DNA of 64,000 bases, from assembly GCA_043784925.1 (NCBI GenBank), contig JAYVXU010000025.1, positions 22,649 through 86,648 of the forward strand, read 5' to 3'. The stretch is from Candidatus Adlerbacteria bacterium (GTDB lineage Bacteria > Patescibacteriota > Minisyncoccia > Phycocordibacterales > SBAW01). Position numbers and translations under genes: made by a program. The notes under the pieces were generated by a model. That model saw only the letters and a list, made by a program, of their open reading frames with translations. It had not been told where the DNA came from and did not search any database. Below are positions 8,561 to 17,139 of the stretch, piece by piece; position 1 is the first letter of the stretch; each line of letters begins with the position of its first letter.

Positions 8561-9219
8561 TGAACAGAGCATTGACATACAAGCAACAACGCGTACTGGA
8601 CGTTGTTAAAAATTATTTAGAAGTAACGAGTGCCTCACCAACCTTAGAACAATTGCGTACAAAATTGGGTTTTTCTTCTTTGCGCACAGTAGTGCAGTAC
8701 CTCGATATTCTTGAAGAAAAAGGGTATATAGTTCGTCATAGAGGTTTTAAGCGCAATATCGAACTTCGAAATGTTGATGGTGCGTGGGGGACAGTTTCTA
8801 TTCCTGTTATAGCAAATGTGGGTTGCGACGACCTGTCTGTCTTTGCGCAAGAAAAATGTGATGAATATATTGAAGTCGATAAGAGTATTGTCGACGAAGA
8901 AGAAGGAGGTATTGTTGCGGTACGTGCGATTGGAAATTCCATGAACGACGCGGGTATTAATACGGGGGACTATGTGCTGATACGCTTTACTAACCAGGCC
9001 CAAAATGGCGACCGAGTCGCAGCTATTGTTAATGACATGGTGACGGTGAAACGCCTCGAAAGGCGCGATGGGATGACGATTCTTTGGCCTGAATCTAAAG
9101 ATCCTAAGTTTAAGCCCATAATTTTGCGGGAAGACTTTAAGATTGCAGGAAAAGTGTTGTGTGTAATACCTGCTCCTGAGACTGAAATGACTGAAGTGGT
9201 GCCGCTTGATGAGTATTAA
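8560..9219 (+). CDS. lexA: LexA repressor (wHTH plus S24 peptidase)
   Basis: LTYKQ..., SPTLEQL, LEEKGYI, GNSM (Ser), VTVKR (Lys). Confidence 0.9.
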   Translation: MNRALTYKQQRVLDVVKNYLEVTSASPTLEQLRTKLGFSSLRTVVQYLDILEEKGYIVRHRGFKRNIELRNVDGAWGTVSIPVIANVGCDDLSVFAQEKCDEYIEVDKSIVDEEEGGIVAVRAIGNSMNDAGINTGDYVLIRFTNQAQNGDRVAAIVNDMVTVKRLERRDGMTILWPESKDPKFKPIILREDFKIAGKVLCVIPAPETEMTEVVPLDEY

Positions 9220-9307
9220 AACTCTCCTGTTACTCCAAGGTATACTACGGTATGAATAAGTCACGGGTTCGGTTTTTCTCTTGAGTAACTTACACTTTCA
9301 TCTTTAT

Positions 9308-10015
9308 ATGCGGCACTACATTTGTATACTCAAAAAAGTTGTAACTACTAGTATTGTTATGGGGGCGATTGTAGGCCTCTTTAGTATGTTGCTCATCACG
9401 TACGTTACGGTCAGTACCTATTCAAGCATTTTTGAAAATGTGGATGAAATATCAAATAAACCTGTAGCACTACTTCTTGGTGCTTCTGTTCGCTCAAGTG
9501 GGGCGCTTTCGCCTGTTTTAAAAGAAAGGGCGGATGCTGCGTATGAGCTCTATAGTAAAAAAAAGGTGCTCAAAATTTTAGTGAGTGGTGACAACAGCTC
9601 TCTTGCGTATGACGAAGTATATCCGGTCGGCAAGTATCTCATGAGCAAGGGAGTGCCCCAGGCAGATATATTCCTTGATTACGCGGGGTTTGATACCTAC
9701 AGCAGTGTATTTCGTGCAAAAAAAATATTTGGGGTAACCTCAATGATTATTGTGTCGCAAGCATTCCACCTCCCTCGTGCTTTGTTTATTGCCAGACATA
9801 TGGGTATTTCTGCTGTTGGCGTCGACGCTTCTCATTCGGGGGATTTGTATATAAACAATACATTGCGAGAAATCCCGGCGACAGTAAAAGCTTTTTTTGA
9901 TTTAGTTACTTACAGACAGCCTCGATATTTGGGTCCAAGTTTTAATGTTTTAGGAAGTGGCATTGCAACATGGGTGGGGCCCCGCACCGAAATGATTTAT
10001 TTTATACATGAGTAA
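9308..10015 (+). CDS. SanA/YdcF (DUF218) family protein
   Basis: LLLGA, LVSGDN, DYAGFDTY, SQAFHLPRA motifs. Confidence 0.9.
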   Translation: MRHYICILKKVVTTSIVMGAIVGLFSMLLITYVTVSTYSSIFENVDEISNKPVALLLGASVRSSGALSPVLKERADAAYELYSKKKVLKILVSGDNSSLAYDEVYPVGKYLMSKGVPQADIFLDYAGFDTYSSVFRAKKIFGVTSMIIVSQAFHLPRALFIARHMGISAVGVDASHSGDLYINNTLREIPATVKAFFDLVTYRQPRYLGPSFNVLGSGIATWVGPRTEMIYFIHE

Positions 10016-10126
10016 CAAAGTAGGGGATATTTCGGGCGTTCACAGGCTAGACTTGTAACCTGTGGAAATTATAAATTGAGAACGGTATACTATAGGTATG
10101 CTTACCAATAATAAAAACCAAGGTGT

Positions 10127-10444
10127 ATGTCTAATGTAATTAAAATTCTTATTGTAGTTGTTGTGCTGGCAGGCGGTGCATCGCTTGTAATGTGGAGTGG
10201 TGTGTTAAAACCAAAACCTGTAGTGTCAACTGCGCCTCCTGTGCAGCCGGTTACCGCTCCAGACCCTGCTCCCGCACCTCAGCCAGAAATGAATATGAAT
10301 GGTATGGCCGCCGCTAATGACGCTAATGACGCTGCTCTTGTTCAAGATATGGCTGCTATCGATACGCAAATACAAGGTTTAACTACTGACTCAGCTTCAG
10401 TAGATTCGAGCCTCAATGATAAATCTATGGCTCAAGCATACTAA
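10127..10444 (+). CDS. Small membrane-anchored Pro-rich protein
   Basis: N-terminal TM, Pro linker, short helical C-terminus. Confidence 0.7.
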   Translation: MSNVIKILIVVVVLAGGASLVMWSGVLKPKPVVSTAPPVQPVTAPDPAPAPQPEMNMNGMAAANDANDAALVQDMAAIDTQIQGLTTDSASVDSSLNDKSMAQAY

Positions 10445-10457
10445 TCACTACTATATT

Positions 10458-11324
10458 ATGACTATCCAAACTCGAATTAAACTTGTACAACTCGCCACGC
10501 TCCTTGTAGGTGGCTCACTTCTTACTCCTGTGTTTGCTTATGCAGCAGGCGTAAATGTTACAACAGAAGCAAAAACTGCAGTTACTGCAGGCGCTGTGTC
10601 AGCCTCCTCCACAGCCTCAGTAAAGGTTGATGCTAAATTGCAACCTGCAATAGACAAGGCTGATAAAGAAATTGACCGACGAATTGCATCTTTAAATGAA
10701 CTCACGACACGCATTGATGCTACGCAGCGAGTTACTGCTGAGTTTAAACAAAAGCTAACGACAAATGTTCAAAATCACATCACAGGCCTTAACCAACTAA
10801 AAGCAAAAATTGATGCAGACACAGATGCTGCAACTTTGAAAACTGATATTAAAACTATTACCGAGTCCTACCGGGTATATATGCTTATAGTGCCTCAAGC
10901 ACGTATTGCAACTGCTGCTGACCGTGAAATTACTCTTATCACCATGATGAATCAGTTGGGAGCTAAGCTTCAGGCACGATTGTCGTCGGCCCAAAGTACC
11001 GGTGCAAATGTGACTGCGCTCCTCACTGCTTTGACCGACATGAGTAAAAAACTAAATGATGCGAGTACTCAAGCACAAGCTGCGGTGTCTGTGAGCTCTG
11101 CCTTGGCACCAGACGAAGGAGACAAAACAAAAATAACTCAAAACGCTGCTGCACTCAAAACAGCCCGCGCAGATATACAAAGTGCACACAAGGATCTTGT
11201 TGCAGCCCGCAAGGACGCAGAGGTTGTAACCAAGGGTCTTAAGGCCCTTCCTGCGGTCAGTGCTACTGCTAGTTCAACCACAAAAGTTAAAACTCCTGCC
11301 ACTACTTCAACCACAAGTCACTAA
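10458..11324 (+). CDS. Secreted alpha-helical coiled-coil protein
   Basis: Signal peptide AYA; EIDRRIASLNEL heptads. Confidence 0.75.
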   Translation: MTIQTRIKLVQLATLLVGGSLLTPVFAYAAGVNVTTEAKTAVTAGAVSASSTASVKVDAKLQPAIDKADKEIDRRIASLNELTTRIDATQRVTAEFKQKLTTNVQNHITGLNQLKAKIDADTDAATLKTDIKTITESYRVYMLIVPQARIATAADREITLITMMNQLGAKLQARLSSAQSTGANVTALLTALTDMSKKLNDASTQAQAAVSVSSALAPDEGDKTKITQNAAALKTARADIQSAHKDLVAARKDAEVVTKGLKALPAVSATASSTTKVKTPATTSTTSH

Positions 11325-11342
11325 CTATTCTTTGACTCGTTC

Positions 11343-11373
11343 CAAAATGCTCCTACTCTGTAGGAGCATTTTG
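11343..11373. terminator. Intrinsic terminator
   Basis: CAAAATGCTCCTAC-TCT-GTAGGAGCATTTTG. Confidence 0.8.
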
Positions 11374-11377
11374 CGTT

Positions 11378-12433
11378 ATGCTAAAAAGAATGACAAATTT
11401 TCAAAAGGTTAGTGCATGGATAACTGCCGTGGGGGTAGGAATACTAGCGCCACTCGTGTCTTCTGCTCACGAGGTATATGTACTAACCCCAGAAGAAATA
11501 CACAAAGGCGTATCTTCTTTTTCGCCTAATCCTTTTCTTGCAATTTCAGAGCATGAATCACTTTTTGTGTTTTGGGGAATAGTTTCTTTTTTAGTTGTAG
11601 TTACCATATTTTGTTTCTCGCTTTTTCGAAGGGTTGAAAAAATGCTGTACCCCTCGTTTATGCGTATGAAACATTTTGCACCTTTAATTGTTCGTGTGAC
11701 GCTTGGCGTGTGTCTCATGACTAGTGCTTACTACAATAGTTTGTTTGGTCCGGAGTTGCCTCTTAGTACACTAACGAGCCCTGTAGCTTTATTTTTACAA
11801 ATAGCACTCTTTATATCTGGACTCTGTATTGCTCTGGGCTATCTAACCCGGCTCGCTGCACTTTTGGCTTTGTGTATATTTGGAGTGGGAGTCTTATTTT
11901 TTGGGGTATACATGGTTACCTATAGTAATTTTATAGGCGAAATGCTCTTGGTTGCAATTGTAGGAGGGGGCATAGTGTCGCTTGATGGTCAAAAGCAGGC
12001 CCGGCAAGTATGGCTTAAAAAAATTATTACGTATTTTGAGTCAAGAAGTTTTTTACTATTACGCATTGGGTTTGGTATGTCGGTTATGGCCGCAGCCGTA
12101 TATGCAAAATTTCTTCATAGTAACTTAGCGCTTGAAACGATTCAAAAATATTCTCTAACAAGCTACTTTCATTTCGACCCACTGTTTATAGTGCTCGGTG
12201 CTTTTATTATTGAAATACTCATTGGAGTATTTATCATACTAGGTGTGGAGCTTCGTTGGACCGCAATTTTCTTTCTTTTTTGGCTTAGTTTGTCAGTGGT
12301 GGTGTTTGGAGAGTCAGTGTGGCCGCACCTTGTATTGGTGGGGCTCAATCTTGCTCTTATATTCCATGGGTATGACCGCTACACTATTATTGGAAGATTT
12401 TTTACCCACCCTGACCGCGAACCAGTGTTGTAG
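11378..12433 (+). CDS. Tandem DoxX-family membrane protein
   Basis: Two DoxX-like repeats (IVRVTLG...LGYLTRLAA; LLRIGFG...ILGVELR); signal peptide with AHE. Confidence 0.75.
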   Translation: MLKRMTNFQKVSAWITAVGVGILAPLVSSAHEVYVLTPEEIHKGVSSFSPNPFLAISEHESLFVFWGIVSFLVVVTIFCFSLFRRVEKMLYPSFMRMKHFAPLIVRVTLGVCLMTSAYYNSLFGPELPLSTLTSPVALFLQIALFISGLCIALGYLTRLAALLALCIFGVGVLFFGVYMVTYSNFIGEMLLVAIVGGGIVSLDGQKQARQVWLKKIITYFESRSFLLLRIGFGMSVMAAAVYAKFLHSNLALETIQKYSLTSYFHFDPLFIVLGAFIIEILIGVFIILGVELRWTAIFFLFWLSLSVVVFGESVWPHLVLVGLNLALIFHGYDRYTIIGRFFTHPDREPVL

Positions 12434-12453
12434 ACTATGCTACACTGGTTTCT

Positions 12454-12672
12454 ATGACGGAACTTACTCCAGAAATTGAGTCGAAACTTGATATGCTAGA
12501 AGCAAAGATCGACGCCCTGTATGTTTCTACAGAAAAAACGCGAAAAATTTTAAAGTGGACTGGCATTATTACTATTGCCACTTTTGTTATTCCTTTACTG
12601 CTAGCACCCCTTCTCATCCCGCTTCTCCCTGCCTTTTTCCAGTCGCAAGGAGTCGCTATCCCTGGACTATAG
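12454..12672 (+). CDS. Small coiled-coil plus TM protein
   Basis: KIDALYVSTEKTRK then a TM; TACACT 7 nt upstream. Confidence 0.7.
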   Translation: MTELTPEIESKLDMLEAKIDALYVSTEKTRKILKWTGIITIATFVIPLLLAPLLIPLLPAFFQSQGVAIPGL

Positions 12673-12772
12673 ACTAAAACTCCAACGACTTGCCTTATTT
12701 TAAAAAGGTGGTAGGATGCGCCGAGCTTCTTATTAGGGCCTGGTGCATTCTATTATCTAATCTATAAGTATT

Positions 12773-13681
12773 ATGTTGTTTTCTACATTTTCGCGTAAGG
12801 CTGTTTTTACCCTCGTACTCGCTCTCGCCGCTCTCCCCGTGCTTTCGTATGCTCAAAATTACAACTGCACGTACCCCTTTTATAATGGTACTGGCACCTG
12901 TGCCCAGCCTGGAATGCTACACGTCTATGTGGTTACTCTCCCTACTAGCAACCAGCCATCTCGCGTACCTGCAGACTTCACTGTGGTAGTGCATGCTCAG
13001 AGTGTGCCCCAGCAAACATTTGCGGGTTCACAAAGCGGCACCACCGTCACCCTCCAAGGTGCATATACTGTCGAAGTGCTTCCTATGCAAAATTACACCC
13101 AAACGTATTCTCGAGGTTGTACGGGGACCATATACTCACAAGAAGAAACATGTGTTATCACTATGAGCCCGAACTATGCGTATAGCGTGCCGGTGACACC
13201 TTACCAGTATCCATACCCTTACGCGCAAAATGTCTTAACCTGTGCGCCAGCGTACCAAACAGTGAGTCTTGGACAGAGTGTACACTTTACTGCAATCGGA
13301 GGCACGAACCCTTATACATGGTCTACGGGTCACTCTACATACCAAGCGATTGGCCCTGTCTTTAACACCGTACTTCAAAACTCTGGAGAGCAAACTGTCA
13401 GTGTCTCGAACGGAACACAAACAGCGGTATGTACTGTCAACGTAGTGGGCGGACATGGACCTGTGATGCCTCCACCTACAACTATTTCAACTATTTCAAA
13501 CACCACCATTGTAGGCCCTGCAACTTTTACTGCGCAATATGTGCCAGCACCAAGGCTTCCTAACACAGGATTTGGCCCAGCATCACTTGTTCAGTGGATA
13601 TTTGCTGTATTGGCACTAGCAGGTGTTGGTGTCCTCATAACTCCGTATGTTAGAAAATCGTTCGTATCCATTGCGCAATAA
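12773..13681 (+). CDS. LPxTG-type sortase substrate surface protein
   Basis: Signal peptide, Ig-like segments, LPNTG plus TM plus RK tail, adjacent to sortase. Confidence 0.85.
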   Translation: MLFSTFSRKAVFTLVLALAALPVLSYAQNYNCTYPFYNGTGTCAQPGMLHVYVVTLPTSNQPSRVPADFTVVVHAQSVPQQTFAGSQSGTTVTLQGAYTVEVLPMQNYTQTYSRGCTGTIYSQEETCVITMSPNYAYSVPVTPYQYPYPYAQNVLTCAPAYQTVSLGQSVHFTAIGGTNPYTWSTGHSTYQAIGPVFNTVLQNSGEQTVSVSNGTQTAVCTVNVVGGHGPVMPPPTTISTISNTTIVGPATFTAQYVPAPRLPNTGFGPASLVQWIFAVLALAGVGVLITPYVRKSFVSIAQ

Positions 13682-14309
13682 TAACTATTCAAAAGTGCGT
13701 CAGTATATAGTCCACATAACCTGTGCTGTTTTGGGTGGGTTAGTGGTTGTGTATGGCGCAAATGACGTAGTACATAGAATACGAGCCTATCCACTTCAGA
13801 GTGCAGTTTCAAAGCCGGTTGTGACCGCAACCTCACCTATATACCTAGACAGTGCACCTGCACTTGTACCGGCACGTATTAGCGTGCCGGCAATTGGTGT
13901 TAATGCAGAAGTTGAAGAAGTTCAAAAAACAAAAGCAGGTGCTATGGCAACTCCAACAAAATTTAGTAATGTAGGTTGGTATACCCTCGGGGTTTCTCCT
14001 GGTGCTGCCGGGAATGCCGTATTTGATGGTCATGTAAATAACGCACTTACCAGGGCGGGTGTATTTGAACATCTCTCTTTAGTCAAAGTGGGGGATACTG
14101 TTGTGGTCATTAATGCGCAAGCACAAAGGCTTGTCTTTGTAGTGACTGATATAGAGGACTATACAAATGACGAAGCTCCACTAGAAAGAATATTTGCGAT
14201 TGACGGCCCGTCTGGTGTGGTACTTATAACCTGTGCAGGGGAGTGGGATGCTCATGCGAGGTCTTTCAATAAGCGTCTGGTGGTATACGCTCGACTCGTG
14301 TCGGAGTAG
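13647..14309 (+). CDS. Class F sortase
   Basis: VGWY..PG..GNAVFDGHV, LITCAG, KRLVVYA; start uncertain. Confidence 0.9.
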   Translation: MLENRSYPLRNNNYSKVRQYIVHITCAVLGGLVVVYGANDVVHRIRAYPLQSAVSKPVVTATSPIYLDSAPALVPARISVPAIGVNAEVEEVQKTKAGAMATPTKFSNVGWYTLGVSPGAAGNAVFDGHVNNALTRAGVFEHLSLVKVGDTVVVINAQAQRLVFVVTDIEDYTNDEAPLERIFAIDGPSGVVLITCAGEWDAHARSFNKRLVVYARLVSE

Positions 14310-14354
14310 ATTCTGCAGATTGTGCTTTGACTGTGTTCATGGTATCCTAGCGCT

Positions 14355-14458
14355 GTTCCTAAGTAAGTTCTCCGGTCCGCAGTGCGGCAATGTAGGGGAG
14401 GTCGCCTTACGAGAAGAACGGGGCAAATAGCCCTATTAATTCATTCGATAGCGCAACT
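14355..14458 (+). promoter_or_regulatory. Putative structured 5' leader of the RRM gene
   Basis: Nested helices GTTC/GAAC, GTAAG/CTTAC, TTCTCC/GGGGAG, CCGC/GCGG, then GGGC/GCCC. Confidence 0.4.
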
Positions 14459-14719
14459 ATGGTACAAAAGTTATTTGTAGGTGGCATCCCGTGGAAAACC
14501 ACGAAGGAAGAGCTCCAAGATGCATTTGCTAAAGCAGGTGAAGTTGTCTCAGCATCCATTGTTATGGATCGTGAGACTCGCGAATCTCGCGGATTTGGCT
14601 TCATTGAGATGGCAGATGAGGCAGCAGCTGACAGCGCAATTGCCATGTGGAATGGCAAGGAGTTCGGAGGCCGCATGCTCAAAGTGGACTACGCTCGCCC
14701 TAAGGAAGGCCAGCAGTAA
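14459..14719 (+). CDS. RRM (RNP-1) RNA-binding protein
   Basis: KLFVGGI (RNP2), RGFGFIEM (RNP1). Confidence 0.95.
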   Translation: MVQKLFVGGIPWKTTKEELQDAFAKAGEVVSASIVMDRETRESRGFGFIEMADEAAADSAIAMWNGKEFGGRMLKVDYARPKEGQQ

Positions 14720-14756
14720 CAACTGCCCCCTCTAATTCCGGCTCTCAGCCGAAATG

Positions 14757-14794
14757 CAAAAAATCCCTCCATCAACTGATAGGGGGATTTTTTG
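14757..14794 (+). terminator. Intrinsic terminator
   Basis: CAAAAAATCCCTC...GGGGGATTTTTTG. Confidence 0.75.
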
Positions 14795-14857
14795 GTATTA
14801 TGATAAGCAAAGCAAAATTTTTAAAAAAGTCTTCATCCGCACTTTTTTATAGTCGCT

Positions 14858-15802
14858 ATGCTCCTTAAAAAAGCGGCACGTCCCCACCTAGACTTTTTTA
14901 AAAATTTTGCTTTGCATCGTATGCCGCTTATTAAAGAAATTAAAAAATATTATACGGAGCATGGTCGCAGTCATTTGCCATGGCGGCAGACTCACGACCC
15001 TTACAAAGTTTTGGTGTCTGAAGTAATGCTCCAACAGACGCAAGTTGACAGGGTGCTTCCCAAATACGAAGTTTTCATAAAAAAGTTTCCCACAGCTACT
15101 GCACTTTCAAAAGCAAATCTTCACGACGTTCTCGCCCTTTGGAGCGGGCTTGGCTACAATCGGCGCGCAAAATTTTTGCATGAGGCAGCAAAAGTTGTGG
15201 TTGTAAAATATAAAGGAAAATTCCCTAAAGATGTTTTTGTACTAGAAAGTTTGCCCGGTGTAGGGCCATACACTGCAAGAGCAATCGCTGCCTTTGCCTA
15301 TAACCAGCCTGTGGTATTTATTGAAACAAATATACGCACTGTCTTTATGTATTTTAGTATTTTACAAAATAACAAAATAGAAAATAAATCTTTTTCTATG
15401 AAAAGTATTAAAAATAATTCTGAAAAAATTTCAGACACAGAATTGTTGCCACTCATAAAGTATGCACTCACTCGCTCAAAAATGCAGCCGAGAGATTTTT
15501 ATGCTGCACTTATGGACTATGGCTCCTACCTTAAGCAATCGGGGGTACGCCTGAACAGTAAAAGTAAACACTATACAAAGCAGCCAAAATTCAAAGGCTC
15601 GGCAAGGCAACTTCGCGGAGAAATCGTCCGGCAACTGCTCGTCACTTCTTTAACGAAGCAGAAACTTATTAGTGCTACCGCTCACGCTCTTAGAATAGAA
15701 GTCAATGAAATTGAAAATAGTCGAATTGAAAAAGAAATACTTGTGCTGCTCAAAGAAAATCTGATAGAGAAAAAAGCAAAAAAATTTGAAATTAAAAAAT
15801 AA
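14858..15802 (+). CDS. mutY: MutY-like A/G-specific adenine glycosylase (HhH-GPD), no Fe-S cluster
   Basis: LPWR, VSEVMLQQT, WSGLGYNRRA, LPGVGPYTA motifs; possible start 14921. Confidence 0.85.
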   Translation: MLLKKAARPHLDFFKNFALHRMPLIKEIKKYYTEHGRSHLPWRQTHDPYKVLVSEVMLQQTQVDRVLPKYEVFIKKFPTATALSKANLHDVLALWSGLGYNRRAKFLHEAAKVVVVKYKGKFPKDVFVLESLPGVGPYTARAIAAFAYNQPVVFIETNIRTVFMYFSILQNNKIENKSFSMKSIKNNSEKISDTELLPLIKYALTRSKMQPRDFYAALMDYGSYLKQSGVRLNSKSKHYTKQPKFKGSARQLRGEIVRQLLVTSLTKQKLISATAHALRIEVNEIENSRIEKEILVLLKENLIEKKAKKFEIKK

Positions 15803-15821
15803 AACGCTGAATATTTCAGCG

Positions 15822-16088
15822 TTATCTGATGCACAACTTCTTCTTTGTGGTAGGGAACAAAAAGCCAAGCGCATAGGATGGATATTCCTTAACAAGCCAC
15901 TCGTTACTTTCGTACCCTTCGCCTCGATGCTCCTGACCAAGTTGGAAGTGGGATACAGAGATATCGAAGGTGAGTTGCCTCAGGGCACTATTGGGACAGC
16001 CTGATAAATGCTCGGGCAGAGAGTTTCGCTCTAGTCGGCAATATATGCACCATGATGCAACGTGCCCTTTGGTCGGGCCCTCTTCCAT
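15822..16088 (-). CDS. Hypothetical protein (CxxC...HxxxCP)
   Basis: WCIYC...EHLSGCP; no family recognised. Confidence 0.45.
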   Translation of the reverse strand: MEEGPTKGHVASWCIYCRLERNSLPEHLSGCPNSALRQLTFDISVSHFQLGQEHRGEGYESNEWLVKEYPSYALGFLFPTTKKKLCIR

Positions 16089-16170
16089 TTCTGAGGTTCC
16101 TTTGAATGGTTGCTGATTTTTGTTATACCAGGTACTATCCGATTTAGCCACTCACAAAGGAATAAGTAAT

Positions 16171-16485
16171 ATGAACAGTGTCGACATGCTGTTTGTGAAT
16201 ACCCCAGATGTTACAGAGCTACCAGGTATAAATGATGGGATTAGGGGAGTAATATTTGATGTGATGTATGAGTGTGGTATAGCAATTGCTGGCCAAGCGG
16301 ACGAAATATCCCTCAATTCAAGGTTAGAGACAGGGCAAGGTAAACACTGCTTTATCACAGTTGCGCTCGAGACTTCTGTTGACGAAAGTGTGAGGCGAGA
16401 GTGCGAGTCAAAACTCGCCATGGAAGTTCTTCAATATTTACCTGATGATGTAAATTGCACCGCTAGTATTCTTGAATGCGCTTAG
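16171..16485 (+). CDS. Hypothetical acidic protein
   Basis: ORF with AAGGA upstream. Confidence 0.45.
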   Translation: MNSVDMLFVNTPDVTELPGINDGIRGVIFDVMYECGIAIAGQADEISLNSRLETGQGKHCFITVALETSVDESVRRECESKLAMEVLQYLPDDVNCTASILECA

Positions 16486-16541
16486 ATAACTTGTCTCCAC
16501 TAACACTGGAGATTTTTATTTGAGCGTATTCCCTCTGATAA

Positions 16542-16571
16542 GAAAAAACCACTCAGCGAAGAGTGGTTTTT
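16542..16571. terminator. Bidirectional terminator
   Basis: AAAAACCACTC-AGCGAA-GAGTGGTTTTT between convergent ORFs. Confidence 0.75.
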
Positions 16572-16588
16572 GTACCGAATTCTAAACC

Positions 16589-17110
16589 TCAATGAGGTTT
16601 AGAAGTAAAATTCACATACTCAAGATTTATTACAGGTATTTTAACAATACCCTTATCCGTAAAATGTATGATGAAACTACCCTTGGTATATGTAGTGTCT
16701 ATGTCTGTACAGGCAAGAAGTCCGGAGCGATCAGGAGAAAGGCTAAGAGACGTCCGATTACCCACAATACTTTTCAGGTCGAGAACCAATGTCTGCTGTG
16801 GAATTGTCCAGAGCAAATATTTGAGACAGAGGTCAAGACGGTACAAGGATCTGTCTGACGTATCTTCTACGGTGACCTTGCTTGTGCCTTTTTTAAGAGT
16901 ACATTTCAGCGTCCCATCCCAAGTGATCTGACATAGTACAACTCTTGTCTGCAAGAACCTGGCTCGTCCGAAGGACAAGTGTACCCTTCCGCCGCGTTCT
17001 TTAACAAGATGGTCAGTAGCGGCCACTAAAATCTGGGCCATTCTACTTTGTTCCCGAGCGTCCATGATAAAGCTCCTTGAACGTATCCCACGAGACGTCA
17101 ATGGGTCCAA
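16589..17110 (-). CDS. Hypothetical protein
   Basis: 173-aa ORF between rnj and the terminator. Confidence 0.5.
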   Translation of the reverse strand: MDPLTSRGIRSRSFIMDAREQSRMAQILVAATDHLVKERGGRVHLSFGRARFLQTRVVLCQITWDGTLKCTLKKGTSKVTVEDTSDRSLYRLDLCLKYLLWTIPQQTLVLDLKSIVGNRTSLSLSPDRSGLLACTDIDTTYTKGSFIIHFTDKGIVKIPVINLEYVNFTSKPH

Positions 17111-17139
17111 AAATATAATACCTTAAATTATTTGTTTCG

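Noticed and set aside
12714-12750. Hairpin upstream of the sortase substrate as a riboswitch
   Set aside because: The stem overlaps the probable -10 box and matches no riboswitch I recognise
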